Origin: Fimbriosthenelais zetlandica
Lineage: Eukaryota
Direction of reading: 5' to 3'
NCBI GenBank assembly: GCA_977030845.1
Contig: OZ365116.1
Span: 16,554,001-16,618,000, forward strand
Length of the DNA stretch: 64,000 bases
Below are positions 25,601-38,634 of this stretch, piece by piece; positions within the stretch are counted from its first letter, which is position 1; every line of letters starts with the position of its first letter. The position numbers and the translations under genes were made by a program. The notes under the pieces were generated by a model that did no database searches, had not been told where the DNA came from, and was given only the letters and a program-made list of their open reading frames with translations.

Positions 25601-28600
25601 CAGCCTGGCATAGAAAGCCTGCCATAGAGGCCATTATGGTTTCTGCTTGCAAAGGAGAGTAACTGTACAAATCCGCAGGGAGCAGGTGCTTCGGGAATTC
25701 ACTGCAACGAACCACCAACAAAACCTCACAACTTGTTCTGATGCATTTATCTGCACGCAACTACCAAACCACACCCCATGAAAGATTAAATCCTAGCTGT
25801 GATTCCGGCTTGAGCAATATTCACAACAGGGAAGAGTCATTTGTCTGAGAAATTGGGGCCCAACCAGTCTGATTGGGAAACGTTACAAGGGTATCTATCT
25901 GAATAGGACAGATGGATCTGTCCCATATTCACACCAGCATTTGTTCTCACAATCAGTGATCATGCCTTATATGGGGAGATTGTAACTCGGTGGAATTTCA
26001 TTTACAGGAGGAAAACAGGATAAAATATATTATCCTAAATGATATATGTGTCTAACAGTCTGGTGCCAATTTCGTTGTAAAGTTGAGGCAGAAAGAGCAT
26101 ATACTTTCAAGTATGACGTTAGTGAGTAGCCAGTCCTAAGAAGAAGTGGTATTATGATATAACATTTTTGATTCTATTGACATACCCTGAGGACGCCCAC
26201 TCATCAGTGACATTGACAGGGCCGTTTCATGCCCTAAAGACGTCAGTAGATCCCTACCCTATGGCATTGGGTGAGAGAGACCTGATCTCAGGCAGATGGT
26301 AGATTTCAGATCTACCCTTGAGAGTCAAGTTGGCAGAAAAAATTATACCTGTCTCGACACGCAGTCAAGCATCTGCCGGAGCCCTTGCTGCAGAATGGAT
26401 TATGCCGCTAACACCTTGTTGGTATTCCGAGGCTTGCTCCAGGCAACGACAGAGACCCTTTGCTGATGCCTGAGCATCTGTGCACAGCTCACACTCACTT
26501 TTCTAGTAGACAAACAGGAACTGGTGGCAATGTCTATATTCACACTGACAGAAGGTGTGATGGGCTGAAAGGAAAGGGCTTAGGTAACAATCAAATGTGG
26601 CCCCCAGGCATGGAGGCGAATACCAGCCCACTGAACACGTGGTCCTACCTTTGTTTTATGTCTGTGTTTCTGTTAAACGACATCTACAAGTGGCCACCAT
26701 TTAGAAAGAAGCATCCTCTTCAGTACAGCAATTAATATCCTAGACTTGTACAAATCAAATTAGTGGGGCACTACAGGAACAGGCGTAAACCAAGCAGACA
26801 TGAGATAGTACAGCCACAACCCTCTAATTAGTAAGATTTAACTCATTTGCAATGAAGGTTGCCCCCGCATTTTTCATAGCAGGTCCATCTTTGGCTAGGT
26901 ATGGAACTGCTCAAAAGTTTCAGGAAAGAATATTTGCCTGTGGTGAACTTCTCGCTTGCTACTCTGTGAGAGTCTCTTTTATCACAGAGATAGCCGAGGG
27001 AGGTAGATTTAGCAGATAGGAGAGTGCCATATCTCTCTATCAGACCACCTGATATCACACTAGATAATTCAGCAAGCCAGGTAAGCTACAGAAAATTGAC
27101 ACCCTAAAGAATATCCATAGATTCCCATTGACTCTGTCCAGGCCCGGGGCCTCTCTTCAACTATGAGTTTTCCAAGGCAAGTGTCTTTTCTCTGCCTCCC
27201 TTCTCAGGGCATGTATAAATATTACTTGCATTAGAAGACGTTAAAGTTGCACTATATCAGTTGTCATAATTAGCCATAGAAGAGCATCCAGCAGAAGGTC
27301 ATAATCGTATCGATGAGCTGGTATTAGCCTAAAACATTGCTCTATAAAAACACCCATGCTCTACTCCAATAAGAGCCCCAATATTGAGATGGCAGCTTCT
27401 ACAGAATTACACTTGTACTGACAAGAAATGATGGATATTGGGAAGCTGGAAGTCTTTTATCAAATTACACTCATCGCAGATTACCAAGAGCAGCTAGTAA
27501 AGAGTAGAAGGACATTTATAATGGTATGATGGAGTGTATGATGCAGTAATAGATGATAATTCTCTATCTTCCCGTGTCAGGGGTGTAATAGAGTGCGGCA
27601 TGGGATTGTGGATCATCAGGTGTGAATGATTGAAATGTTAGAAAAACACTTCATCAAAAATCTTAAACCATGGCAAGCCTGCAAGTCCTGCTTGGTTTTA
27701 TTTTCAAAATTACATAGTTTAGAGACCTGATGGGTCCTGAAAATTAAACCATAAATATTTTCGCATGTCATGGACACATTAGTCCATGTTGGGAAAGATA
27801 CCGTAGCTTTATCGTACATAATTTTACTCATTGACATTCAGTTTGTTGAAATATCAGAGGTTAGAAAGTCAGTGGATCACAGGAGGGTAATTGGAGCAAT
27901 GGATGGGCATGATTTCACGAGAGGAAGAAGGATGAAAGTAGTAATCAGCAAAAGGCAAAGAAAATAATAATTTGGAGGGGAACTGAGGTAATGGAGGGGA
28001 TGGATGATAGCAGTGCTATGATAGCTTAGTTATTGATAGCACGAGGTACATGCTCGAGGCATAATCAGCCAAAACTGAGTACTGAGAATATCTGTTTAAT
28101 CTGTAATAAATGTATCAGTGAATATGGATAAAATATGATTTAAACATAAAAGTATTTATTTTTTACCCTTTTCAATGGTCTGATCCTTTGCAATGTTCAT
28201 ACCCAAATAACCTTGAAATTGTGTTTCTCTCCACCCAATTTCCCAGGGTCAAAGGTCAAATTTCAGCAGATTAAATTTAAACTTGTGGCCAATTGAAACC
28301 ATGCCAGGATCAAATTCGTTGGGGCAACCTTCAGCCATGCTGTGACCTCTTCCAGTCGAACAGATTATTCTTGGTAAAAGAAATGAATCTACGGAAAGAA
28401 TATGAAATTAATTTCGTATGGAAGGAGGGAAAAAGCAAACAGCAATTGCCCTCAAATTACACATGTCCTGACAGTCATAACGACCAAATTATAATGTCAA
28501 TTCGCTGAACACGATAACACTGACAGACTAAAGTTAATCCAGCCAGCCCTGGCGCCATTCTACACTGCTTCATGTCTCACATGATACTGTTGTTGTTATT

Positions 28601-28863
28601 ACTATAAAGAAAGGAAACCAGATGAAGGTACATCATATTGCCCGCTTTAATGAGGCATCTTTTATTGCCCAGCGTGACACATGATATTTGTATGATGTGA
28701 GCAAAAGATATAAATTGTGAACTCATATACACAGGAGGGGATTAGAGGGCAATATACACGACTCTTCATATTATTCTACAACTTCCATTGTTAGTATTAA
28801 GCTAGACATACCGGAGTTATCATTTTGCCCGCAATATCTACGTTGAATTTGTTTAATAACATA

Positions 28864-28905
28864 TTTTCTCTCTCTTCCCCATCCATTTCTGACCTGTAGG
28901 TGAGT
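28864..28905 (+). other. Recursive-splice-site-like motif (polypyrimidine tract + TAG|GTGAGT)
   Basis: TTTTCTCTCTCTTCCCCATCCATTTCTGACCTGTAG|GTGAGT, junction 28899/28900. Confidence 0.35.
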
Positions 28906-31900
28906 GCCCCAATTTTGAGTAGAACTTTCAAGATAGAAATATTGATTAAATGACTTCAGGATTGCTTTTTCCCTTGGGCAGATTGCCTGGTGACTGACGT
29001 CCCGCATCCAGTGGACTTAAGCCCCATTTTCACTGGATTTAATGTCGCACTTCCACTGGAACTAAAGTCCCATATTCACTATTATTACTTTAGTCAATTG
29101 CTCATAATCACAGATTCTGTTGACTGATACACATACTTGACACACTCGCAATAAAGTGAACCCCTTTGAAAACCTTGTTCAGCAACAGAAATGCCAAATA
29201 TGGATTGGAAGGTTTAAGGAAGTGTCCTTTCTATGCACTAGGTGTCCGGTGTGTCGCTGGTTATGGACTAGTTAAGAAAACGAGTGGTAGAGGGGGCTAC
29301 CGTCGATGGCTTATGGCCGCTCTTCCATTTCCTCAATCTCTCCTTCCATCTTGCACCAGCTCTTCCATCCCTTTCTTGCTCCATCTACTTTTTCCCTCCC
29401 CATACCTGGCCATCTTTTTTCCCCACCTCTGGACACATCTCAGGAGGGGACATCTCCAGCAATCAGTGCTCCCACCATTCACCAGACCAATCCATTTACT
29501 AACATTCCCAAACAACAACACCCTGGACAGCGGCCGTGTGGAGGCCAGCGATTGTGGTGAGCCAGCCTCACATCTCCCACGAGATGTCATATCACCATCC
29601 TCTACCACATATCACATACCGCTCTCATTGCTCCAATCTACTATCCTACAAATCACTCCAAAGGTGGGGTTCAACTACCCACATTTTCCATCCGATACCA
29701 AACAGATTTGTGACTTAAATAGCAAATTTGTATGTCGGTATTGGACAACTTTATCTTGGTACAGCGCTCGCTTAAAAACTCTGACCATTAGGTATATAGA
29801 GAAGGTTGATATGTGATGATGAACCAATGGAAAATCAACCTAGTGTGTTCAGAGCTGGAGAAGAAAAATGGCCTGATAAGAAAATTCATTTTTTGGTGGG
29901 TAGATCTAGAGTGAAGGAGCTGTGCTGTTATCTGGGCAGAGTTCAATAGATCCAGGCAATTATATCTGAGAACAATTCCAGCCTATCCATCATTGGCCTG
30001 CCACTGTTTGTCACAACCTAATGGAATGAGGCAGAATTTCATTTGTTTATCACACTCCAGCTCTAGCCTCCAATTACTGGCTGGTTTCAATCTATTTCTC
30101 TAATGGAAGGGTTCTCAAACTCCTTTATATGGCCTGGAGGCAATGCTCCAGGCGGTAATTTGAAAAAGATGTATATGTTTACTATTGCTTCTACCACCAC
30201 GTAAAACTGTCAGACATTTTTTTAAGGATAGCAGAGTGAAAAGCAAAATGCCACTTCAAAGTCTCCGACATATCTTGATAGAGCTCTGTGTTATATAACA
30301 GCGGACTGTTGCAGGGTTTGCCATCTTATATTATTGCAGTCTCCTGCAGTCTGAGCAATGGATCCAGGGCTTTACAATTACTTGGATTTACAATGCTGCT
30401 GCCACCTCGTGTCTGATAAGAGCATCATTTTGATATGTCCCCCTCATCCCAGGCAGCGCAGCGGAGTCTCCTGCTGGTGCTTCATGGAACTAGCAGTAGC
30501 ACACGGGCAGCACTTTTTATTGGGATAGGGAAAGTGAGGAGACGGGCTTCCTCAGATTTCTACCTAAAACAAATAATATAACTAAAACTTATGATCTCAG
30601 TCGTGTTGCGTAGTAGTACTGCGTAAAATAAACCTGTGTATTTTGTGAGCAAATGTACATGGGGTTCTGTATGTGCTCACACAAAAAAATAAATAACAGA
30701 ACAGAATTGAAGTTACAGTTACATGGCTTGCTGATGAAATTTCAAGATTTTTCATCGAATTTCTTGAAGAGATTTGAGGCGGCGCAACTCTGCCTGAATA
30801 GAATATCGACTTACATTATCTGGTTCACTGAGAGCTCAACTGCTATAATTACATCTCAAGTGAAAGTGAATTTTAAACATTTTACAATAAACAGTTGAAG
30901 TGGAATCATTTCGTGGATCTTTTGACTGTTGTTAAGCAATATAATGAAATCATGTTCAAAAGATTTTGAATTTTGTCAAGGCCACTCCTAGTTTGCTTTC
31001 CTATATAAGGAGAAAAAACACCTTATAGACTTGAAGGCCAAAAAATGGCTGACAGACTGCTGGGATCAGTTTAAGACACGGCCGTGTTGGCTTTACATAT
31101 GACCCACCCTAACCACACGTATCAATTTACGGTTTTAATTAGCAATCAATCACATAAAAGTCACTTTAATTGGCATGAGGTCGTTCCTTGCTCATCTATC
31201 CACCCCTCCTTGTATATCGCTACCACAACTCCTTCCTACAAATAAATGAACTAAAATTTCATATAATTCAAGCGGTTTTTAGATTCAATAATCATTTCAT
31301 AGACTCCAGACTCTAGACTGACTGATGTCTTATGGACCTCACACACTTTCAAGACATCCACGTACAAACTTTTACTGACAGAAAATGCATCAGATGATCC
31401 ATTAGATTTACAAAATTTCCTATGAAGACCCCTAGAAAAATCATTTAGAGTAGGTTTCTGGGGTCAGCCTGGATGGAAATCACCCCGTGCTCTTCTGTAT
31501 TTGATGCGAGGCGGTAGCAGCCATCTTGATATTGATTGATGGTCGGACGACACACACACACGACATGATGGCAAAGGAAAATACACAACCCTCACATACC
31601 ACACTACTCTAATTTCTGTGCTCTCAAAATTTAATCGTCGTGAATATTTGTTTTAGCTTCCTTCCTCACTCATGTATATTTAAGTATTTGTTATGACTGT
31701 TATCTCAAAAGTCATGGGAATGCACTGGCATTCGATTGAGGACATTTTGGTTCATATTATTGTGGTAAAAATAAATAGCAAATGAAAATTAAACTTTGAT
31801 TGTATAGATCCAATATAAGGAAGGTGAGACTGAGTGGACTGGGACTGTGACTTTGACAAAATGAATGAAATGGATATAAACCAGATGGGTGGTGATGTTG

Positions 31901-32985
31901 TATATTGGTGGCATATGTAGAGTTATAGGGGAGGGGGATGGGAGGGTAACATCTTGACATCTGTAACCAAAAGTTACATTCAATTTAATCCAAATTAAAA
32001 GTTATCAAATCGATCCAAGTAACTCTTAAATAGTCTTATTCCTTGAAATTAAATATTTTATCGGAACAGTGAAAACTGTGCCCAATAAAGGCCCGTCACA
32101 TCGAGTACCCCTGGCCCTGGCCCAATGTCATTAGAAAAGGGTCCAATGTCACCAAAAAGGGTTCAATATTTTGAGCTGTTTTTGGCGTATTTTGCTCGGT
32201 GTATTTAGATTGTTTTAGCTCTGTGATGTAGGATTCATGCAAGGAATATAAGCACAGTTTGCTGGTATGGAGATGATTGAAATACTGTCATCAATATTGC
32301 CATCATATGTCTTAGTCAGAGAATACATCTCTCCTTTGATGTCTGCAAGTACTTCTGGAATGACTTCAGAGTGGGAGAATGGAATATCGGGTAATGTGTA
32401 ATTTACCTCTGTACTAAATTATAGATGTCATTAAAAAGGGAGGCTCTGTAACGACATCGATAAATCCAGCTGCCTGTATAGTATGGACCTCATAGTGTAG
32501 GTTATTTTGCTATCTTGGTTCATTTCGCCTATCCTATCTTCAGATCTGTATCTCTTCCTTTTCCTTTCCCCTTTTCCCACATCTGTAATTAACGGATGCA
32601 TGACCTAGCTGCATTCACCTTAATATACACTCACATTCCATTCCATGCAGTTTTTTCTCCAGACAAAAAAGTGTATATAACTGCAACTAAATATTTCCTG
32701 TATTTTTCCATGGAGAACAACACGAATGGCAAGTTGAGTAGTTTGGCTACAGTAGCATAACAAAGCTAATTAGTGTCTATATTAATATAGTCCCCTGTAT
32801 GATCTTTATCTCAAACAACCCAGCACAAAGCCTGTCCCCGCCCTGCTTCACAAGCCTGGGGTGCGCCGTGGACAAGCTGATCAAAAGTGGCCAGTGGACA
32901 GTATATTGTCATGTCCACTACCGACTCATAGGCTCTAGATCCACTGAGATTTTGTTAGTAAAAGGAGTCATGCCTGAAATTGGGT

Positions 32986-33106
32986 AGTTGAGGTGGCAGG
33001 AACAGGAGTTTGAGGTGGCAGGAGCAGGAGCTTGATGTGGCAGGAGAAGTAGCTTGAGATGGCAGGAGCTTGAATTGTCCCATGATCAGGAGCTTGAGGT
33101 GGCAGG
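32986..33106. repeat. Degenerate ~22-bp tandem repeat
   Basis: AGYTTGAGGTGGCAGGAGCAGG-like units at about 32986, 33007, 33029, 33051, 33067 and 33091. Confidence 0.8.
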
Positions 33107-36100
33107 GTGGTACATATTCCTGTCTTTTTTCCTTCAACATTATCCCTGGTGGATCCCTGGTCATGGTCCACCCACACAGCTGTCATGCTGGGGTCAAACT
33201 ACAGTCATGTACGTCATCCTATGTCATGTCATGACACGTTGGGCGTCCCATGTCATTGCCAGGCTTTGCTCTTGTTTTGATGGCCAAAGCGTCAGATCAA
33301 GTCTCGTGTTTTAATTAACTCTTTTTCTCCCTTCAGCTCTGTCTGCGCTGGGTCTTCTTTTTCATCCTCCTTTATCTTTTTTTTATATCCGGCTCTTCTA
33401 GACTGTGTTGGTTAGATGAGAACGATGAGATGGTCTTGTTTAAAAAGATGGCCTCTTTATTGTGTAAAAGATCCCTCTGTGTTCATCAATACGATTATTA
33501 ATCTACAAACTAACATCGCATGGAAAGTTTATTAAGACGCTGTGAAGTGTTAAAGCCGGGAAGGTGGTTTTGTGGTATTAATGCGTCTTGAAGGATGGAT
33601 AACCTCCATCTATTACAGCGCGTCTGGACAGGAATGAAACTTGAGTAGAAAAGGTTGAAATATTGAGAAGACTCGGCTGACACTGTGGTTGGAAGTCTTT
33701 CTAAAATCGATCGGAAATGAATCAGATTGAACCTAGAGAAACTAAGGCCTTATTATAATATTTGATTTGCATATTTTCCTGATTTGTCCTTGTTATATAT
33801 GGAGTATATATCCCCTGGAGTGTATACCCCTCCCAGCCCAGGTCCCATCCCGCTCCCCGCAGCCCCACCCTCACCACCACCCACCACTCTGTCTCCTTCA
33901 TCCTCTCCCCCATCACATCATATCACAGAAACCCAACACCACCAACCATCCTCCCGCTCCCATCACAACCACGACTCCCTCAAAGTTCTCATTAGGAGGA
34001 ACCCAGTGAAAGGTCCATAAATAAAGCCTTATGGCCCGGCTAATCCATTAAGTCTTTGTTAATGGGTGGAAAAGAGAGGTGAGCCGTGGGGTGGCATAGC
34101 ATATATACCTCTGTGGGGGTTGAGGATTAAGGTAGAGATCCACCGATGTCTTAAGGCCCCAAGTCAGCCTTTAGGACATCTGTAAAGGTGACGTGTTGCC
34201 AAGGTTTGGATCAAGTCCTGTTGGGCCATTATGTCATTGTTGGATCTGCCCTTAAGATATTGATTCAAACAAGGAATCCGCCTTAAGTTACTCAACAATT
34301 TACATCTCCTGCCTGGCTTAGTTCCAAGTTGGTTAGGACAGTAACACCACTTATGTTATTATGGTTGTCTTAACAATGGATCCAGCCCTCTGAGACAAAT
34401 CATTACATTTGATAGACCCCCAGGTCCTAAAAACTGCCAATGCCTGAACATTCCTAGATTATATAGCTGCCTTGCTTGGGCTTTGAATTATGAATGATGG
34501 TTTGAAAAATGCTCGGTGAAGTGGAGTCTAATTACAGTTCAGGGCCATAATTATGTCATATGTAAACTGTCCTTAATTGCAGGCCGAAAACAATGTCAAT
34601 GGCCATCAAACCGTTTTATTAAATGTCAGAAATAACAATAGTTTTTCCACCAGCTCCTTTTTGTGACAAAAACATTTGTATGGATTCTTTAACAGCACAG
34701 ATGAACGTCTTGCATTCATAAGTGGGCCAATTAAAATCATTTAGTGTCCACCTGCAAGGCAGGTTTTGAATAATTTTGCTGTTCAAGCGTCGAGCCGTCG
34801 GCTAACCACAGTTGATATTGGAAAAGTTTAAGATATAGCAAGAGTTTGATACCAGATTAATCATTGGGCCTTATGGTGTTACCATGTCACAGTTTCCATG
34901 GAGACTCCTGTATATGGTAGGCCTGTCTGACAGAGCAGTGCAGCACTACTGGGTGCTGGGTGATGCGGGGACCATGTGACAGGGCTTTCACATGGGACGA
35001 GGTAGGACTTTTAGCAAAGACAAGACTTATTTTTTTAAGTTTTAGAAATGGCAGTGTGAACTGGGTCGAGGCTGGAAATGGGAGGGTAGAGAGGGAGGAA
35101 GAGGAGGGGCTGGGGAAACATGGGAGCCCCCTGAAGGGAAGGAATAGAAGGAAGCAGAGATGTGGAAGGCCGGGTGAGGTATGATAGATAGAAGTAGGGG
35201 TCCTAAAAGCCAGCAAGCCAGGCTTGACTGTCATGGAGATGGATGCAGCTCCTCTATATATCAGTCAGTAACCCTTCATTATAAGCTTACCCTTAATAAA
35301 TGTGTGGCTCTGGATAAAAAGCTGGAGTCCTCATATCATATCTAATCATTATTTACCACCCTGTCATTCCCAGCTACCCCTTTTTTCCGCCCCACCTCCC
35401 TGCCTTATACCCTGCTGCCCCACTTCCCACCCTCCCCTCATTTCTTTTCTCATTTGCCTAGCCCCACTATTGGCAATACTCCCAACATAAATCAGACAAA
35501 ACCAGTCCTTCACCATTAAGCTCTGGCTCCACTCAAGAGATTTACCATCCGGTGGCCGGCATATTCCCCACTTCTCATAAAACCTGTTGATATAAGTCTA
35601 CTGAGTGTATCGAGTATCTCATCCTAAAATTTATACCTGTCAGTATAAAAAGCAGTGGGAAATCTAGTTATCATGTAATGAGATTCTGCTTTGGGCATAT
35701 GCGCCACTAAAGTTGCAGGCAAAGAATTATATCAGAACCAGGACCATTCTGTCTCACTTAGTATAATGCTAGAGTTCCACTATAACTTCCGTAACTCTTC
35801 TTGGCTCATTCCACATAAATGTCACTAAGGGAAGCCAGAAATGTTGTGAAATCATTATGTATTACATGTAATGGAGTAGAGCAATTTAATGGAATGGAAA
35901 ATCTTGTCTCATAGACTTGACAACTCATAGACATAATTTTCACTCCGATTCATTTCTCAGATTGATTCTGGTGCAGTTAGCACAGCTCTTTTTCACGTGT
36001 ATCTTGTAAATTGGCTTTTATTGACTTCAATTAAGAAGGGACTAAAAGGTAGAAAATGAAGACATAAAAAGCTGTAAATGATAACCAAGTTAACAGACCG

Positions 36101-37945
36101 TGGCCCTCAGTAGAGACTTGCTGATAGGCTGGCCAGGAATAATGCTTTTAGCAGTGATGAGCCTGAGCAAATCGTGTTCACCTCCCGAGAGGTCATCCTC
36201 CTGATTGCTATAGCAAAAAAACGCCGGTTGGGAAAATGGACGTCCAATAGTGCATAAAGCAAGAGCGATGAGCGAAATATTGGCGCCATATTTATTCCTA
36301 TCTCTCCCATGTAAATTATTCCTGCGCAACAGGTCTGTGTGTGGGGGATGAGAGAAGAGGGACGGGAGGGGGCACGGATGGTCATGATGAGAATAGATGG
36401 CTCATACTTTTACCATAAACAAGTTATTTGGGGCATCATATCATTTTAAATGATTTGACTTTATAGAAGGCTAGGGCTGAAATGTTGAAACCAGTTAGGA
36501 TTAGAAACAATAATATTTGCCTGCCTGACCTGTAGGTAACTCAGCTCAGCCAGTTTATAAATATGCTCAGACAAATTATGCTACAATTGGTTGCCTCCTC
36601 CTATATTGAATTCTATAATGGTAATGTATATCCACACTCCTGTATGAATGTGATATCAGAAGCCATTAAAGTTATTTTATAATGCATCATCAGTCGCTAC
36701 AAATTACATCGCTAAAAATATTAACCAACGACATTGTGGCAATCTATAGGCAATTCACAATCAGGTCTGGAGGTGCTGATTGCCTGATTGAGAAACGCAA
36801 TCATTTACAGCATTTCCAGCTACATCTGATTCCTTGTCTGGAAAAGAGAATGCCTTATATCGTAAGATATCAGTGAAGCCATGTGTATTGAGAGTTTCTT
36901 GATATGAAATGAAGTATACTCATAGATATTTCTATGCTGCCAAATATTTGCCTGGTCATAATTGTTCTGCTTCTTATAGAGCTCTTTCTTTGGGGTCATC
37001 TTTTTATCTTGTTAATAAGATGGACAGTATTATTTAGATTAAAAAAACAACTTTCAGATGTAGGAAAATGACTGTTGGATCTGGTAGACTGTTAGAGCGA
37101 TGACATTCCCCACACAAACATTGGGCGATTGGAGGAGAGAGCAAACAAGACAGAAAATTACAGGCAGGGGATGAGCGAGAAAAAAGTTGTGAGATTGCTA
37201 TCTGAGACTACAAGAGTGAAGCAGGACAAGTCTGCCCTGTAAACATGATGGAAGTATATTATGCGCACAGTATTTTACCTTTTATATTCCTGGAAGTAAG
37301 AAAAACCTTTTGAAAAACAAGTTGAAATCCTCGCTGATTGTTTAATCCTGTCATTGGTGCGCACTTTCAACTTTAGCTCCAAGACAGTTGTCTTGGAAAA
37401 AGCTGTGGTTGTTGGTTGTGGGGATAGGGTGTACAGGTCGCTTAGGTACATCTGGGACTAATAGAATATAGAATAATGTGTTAAGTATTAAAATAGCCCT
37501 CAGCCAACGAGTTCCGAGACCCCAGGGAAATCTTGTAGCCCCATGTTTTGTGAAGACCACCACCAAGTTAATCTTTCTCCTTTCTCACACCTACCTACAT
37601 ACCTGTCATCATCTCTGGCAAAGAAATTTGACTTACATTACTTTTAAATTGCAAAAGTAGTCACAAGACTTGTAGGCTCAATCCCTGCCAAACAGAACAT
37701 TACCGGCTCTTTTAAAAGCTGGGATGGTCATTCCACTTATTCCATTGATTGCTCCCTTCTCACTACATTTGTGAAAATGTATTTAATACATACTATTTTA
37801 ATTCACTTATTTCATCATTTTTTTAACATAGCCTAAAAGTGTTAGTGTACATGTAGGATACGAGTATTGTTCGCAACCTTATTTCATTATTCATCCTCTT
37901 TTTGAGACTAAATCCTTTTGTCATGGTGAAGTATAGCTTGAGATT

Positions 37946-38214
37946 AGTGGATCTGTATTTTAAGTTGTTTTGTATTTATCTGTGGTGTAGTGAGTAGATC
38001 TGTAGTTTAAGTTGTTTTGTATTTATCTGTGGTGTAGTGAGTGGAACTGTAGTTTAATTTGTTTTGTATTTATCTGTGGTGTAGTGAGTGGATCTGTAGT
38101 TTAAGTTGTTTTGTATTTATCTGTGGTGTAGTGAGTGGATCTGTAGTTTAAGTTGTTTTGTATTTATCTGTGGTGTAGTGAGTGGATCTGTAGTTTAAGT
38201 TGTTTTGTATTTAT
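37946..38214. repeat. 47-bp minisatellite, left half (5 full units plus 34 bp)
   Basis: Unit AGTGGATCTGTAGTTTAAGTTGTTTTGTATTTATCTGTGGTGTAGTG starts at 37946, 37993, 38040, 38087, 38134 and 38181. Units 1-3 carry 1-2 substitutions; units 4-6 are perfect. Confidence 0.97.
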
Positions 38215-38282
38215 TTTTTTTATTTTTTATTTATCTATATTTATACAGGAGGGGTAGAATACATGTATCCATTGAGTCCACA

Positions 38283-38318
38283 AACACAGTCGGGCCGGGA
38301 CCCGTTCTTCCCTGTGCT
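38283..38318 (-). other. GC-rich stem-loop near the LINE 3' end (candidate RT-recognition hairpin)
   Basis: Minus strand AGCACAG-GGAAGAA-CGGG-TCCCGG-CCCG-A-CTGTGTT: a 7-bp stem (one G-U), an internal loop and a 4-bp stem, about 40-70 nt upstream of the tail in an otherwise AT-rich UTR. Confidence 0.5.
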
Positions 38319-38634
38319 TCCTGTCCACAAACAATAAACAATAACTCGCTACTCGAGAACACAACCCCTAATATCCCATTAAATTAAATTATATTATATA
38401 CAGAATGATTTATGAGAAAATTTAAACAAAATGAGCAGAACAATCTAAAAGAAAACAAACTTAAGAACAAAATGAACTAAAAAACTAAAAAAAAAGGACA
38501 CATAAACGCGGACTAATACAGGAGACATATGAAGCTACAGAAATACAGGACGGAGAAGAAAGGTAGAAATTAATCAAAAACTAAAGGTGTACACGAAAAG
38601 TAATACGAGTCAGTCAAATAATATTTAGGGGATT

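Noticed and set aside
29166-29816. 216-aa ORF, the longest after the RT
   Set aside because: TTG start, low-complexity S/P/L/H composition from a pyrimidine-skewed stretch, several overlapping frames open at once and no recognisable motif.
37705-37720. Histone-mRNA stem-loop-like GGCTCTTTTAAAAGCT
   Set aside because: Two mismatches weaken the stem, there is no ACCCA-type 3' flank and no histone ORF lies upstream.
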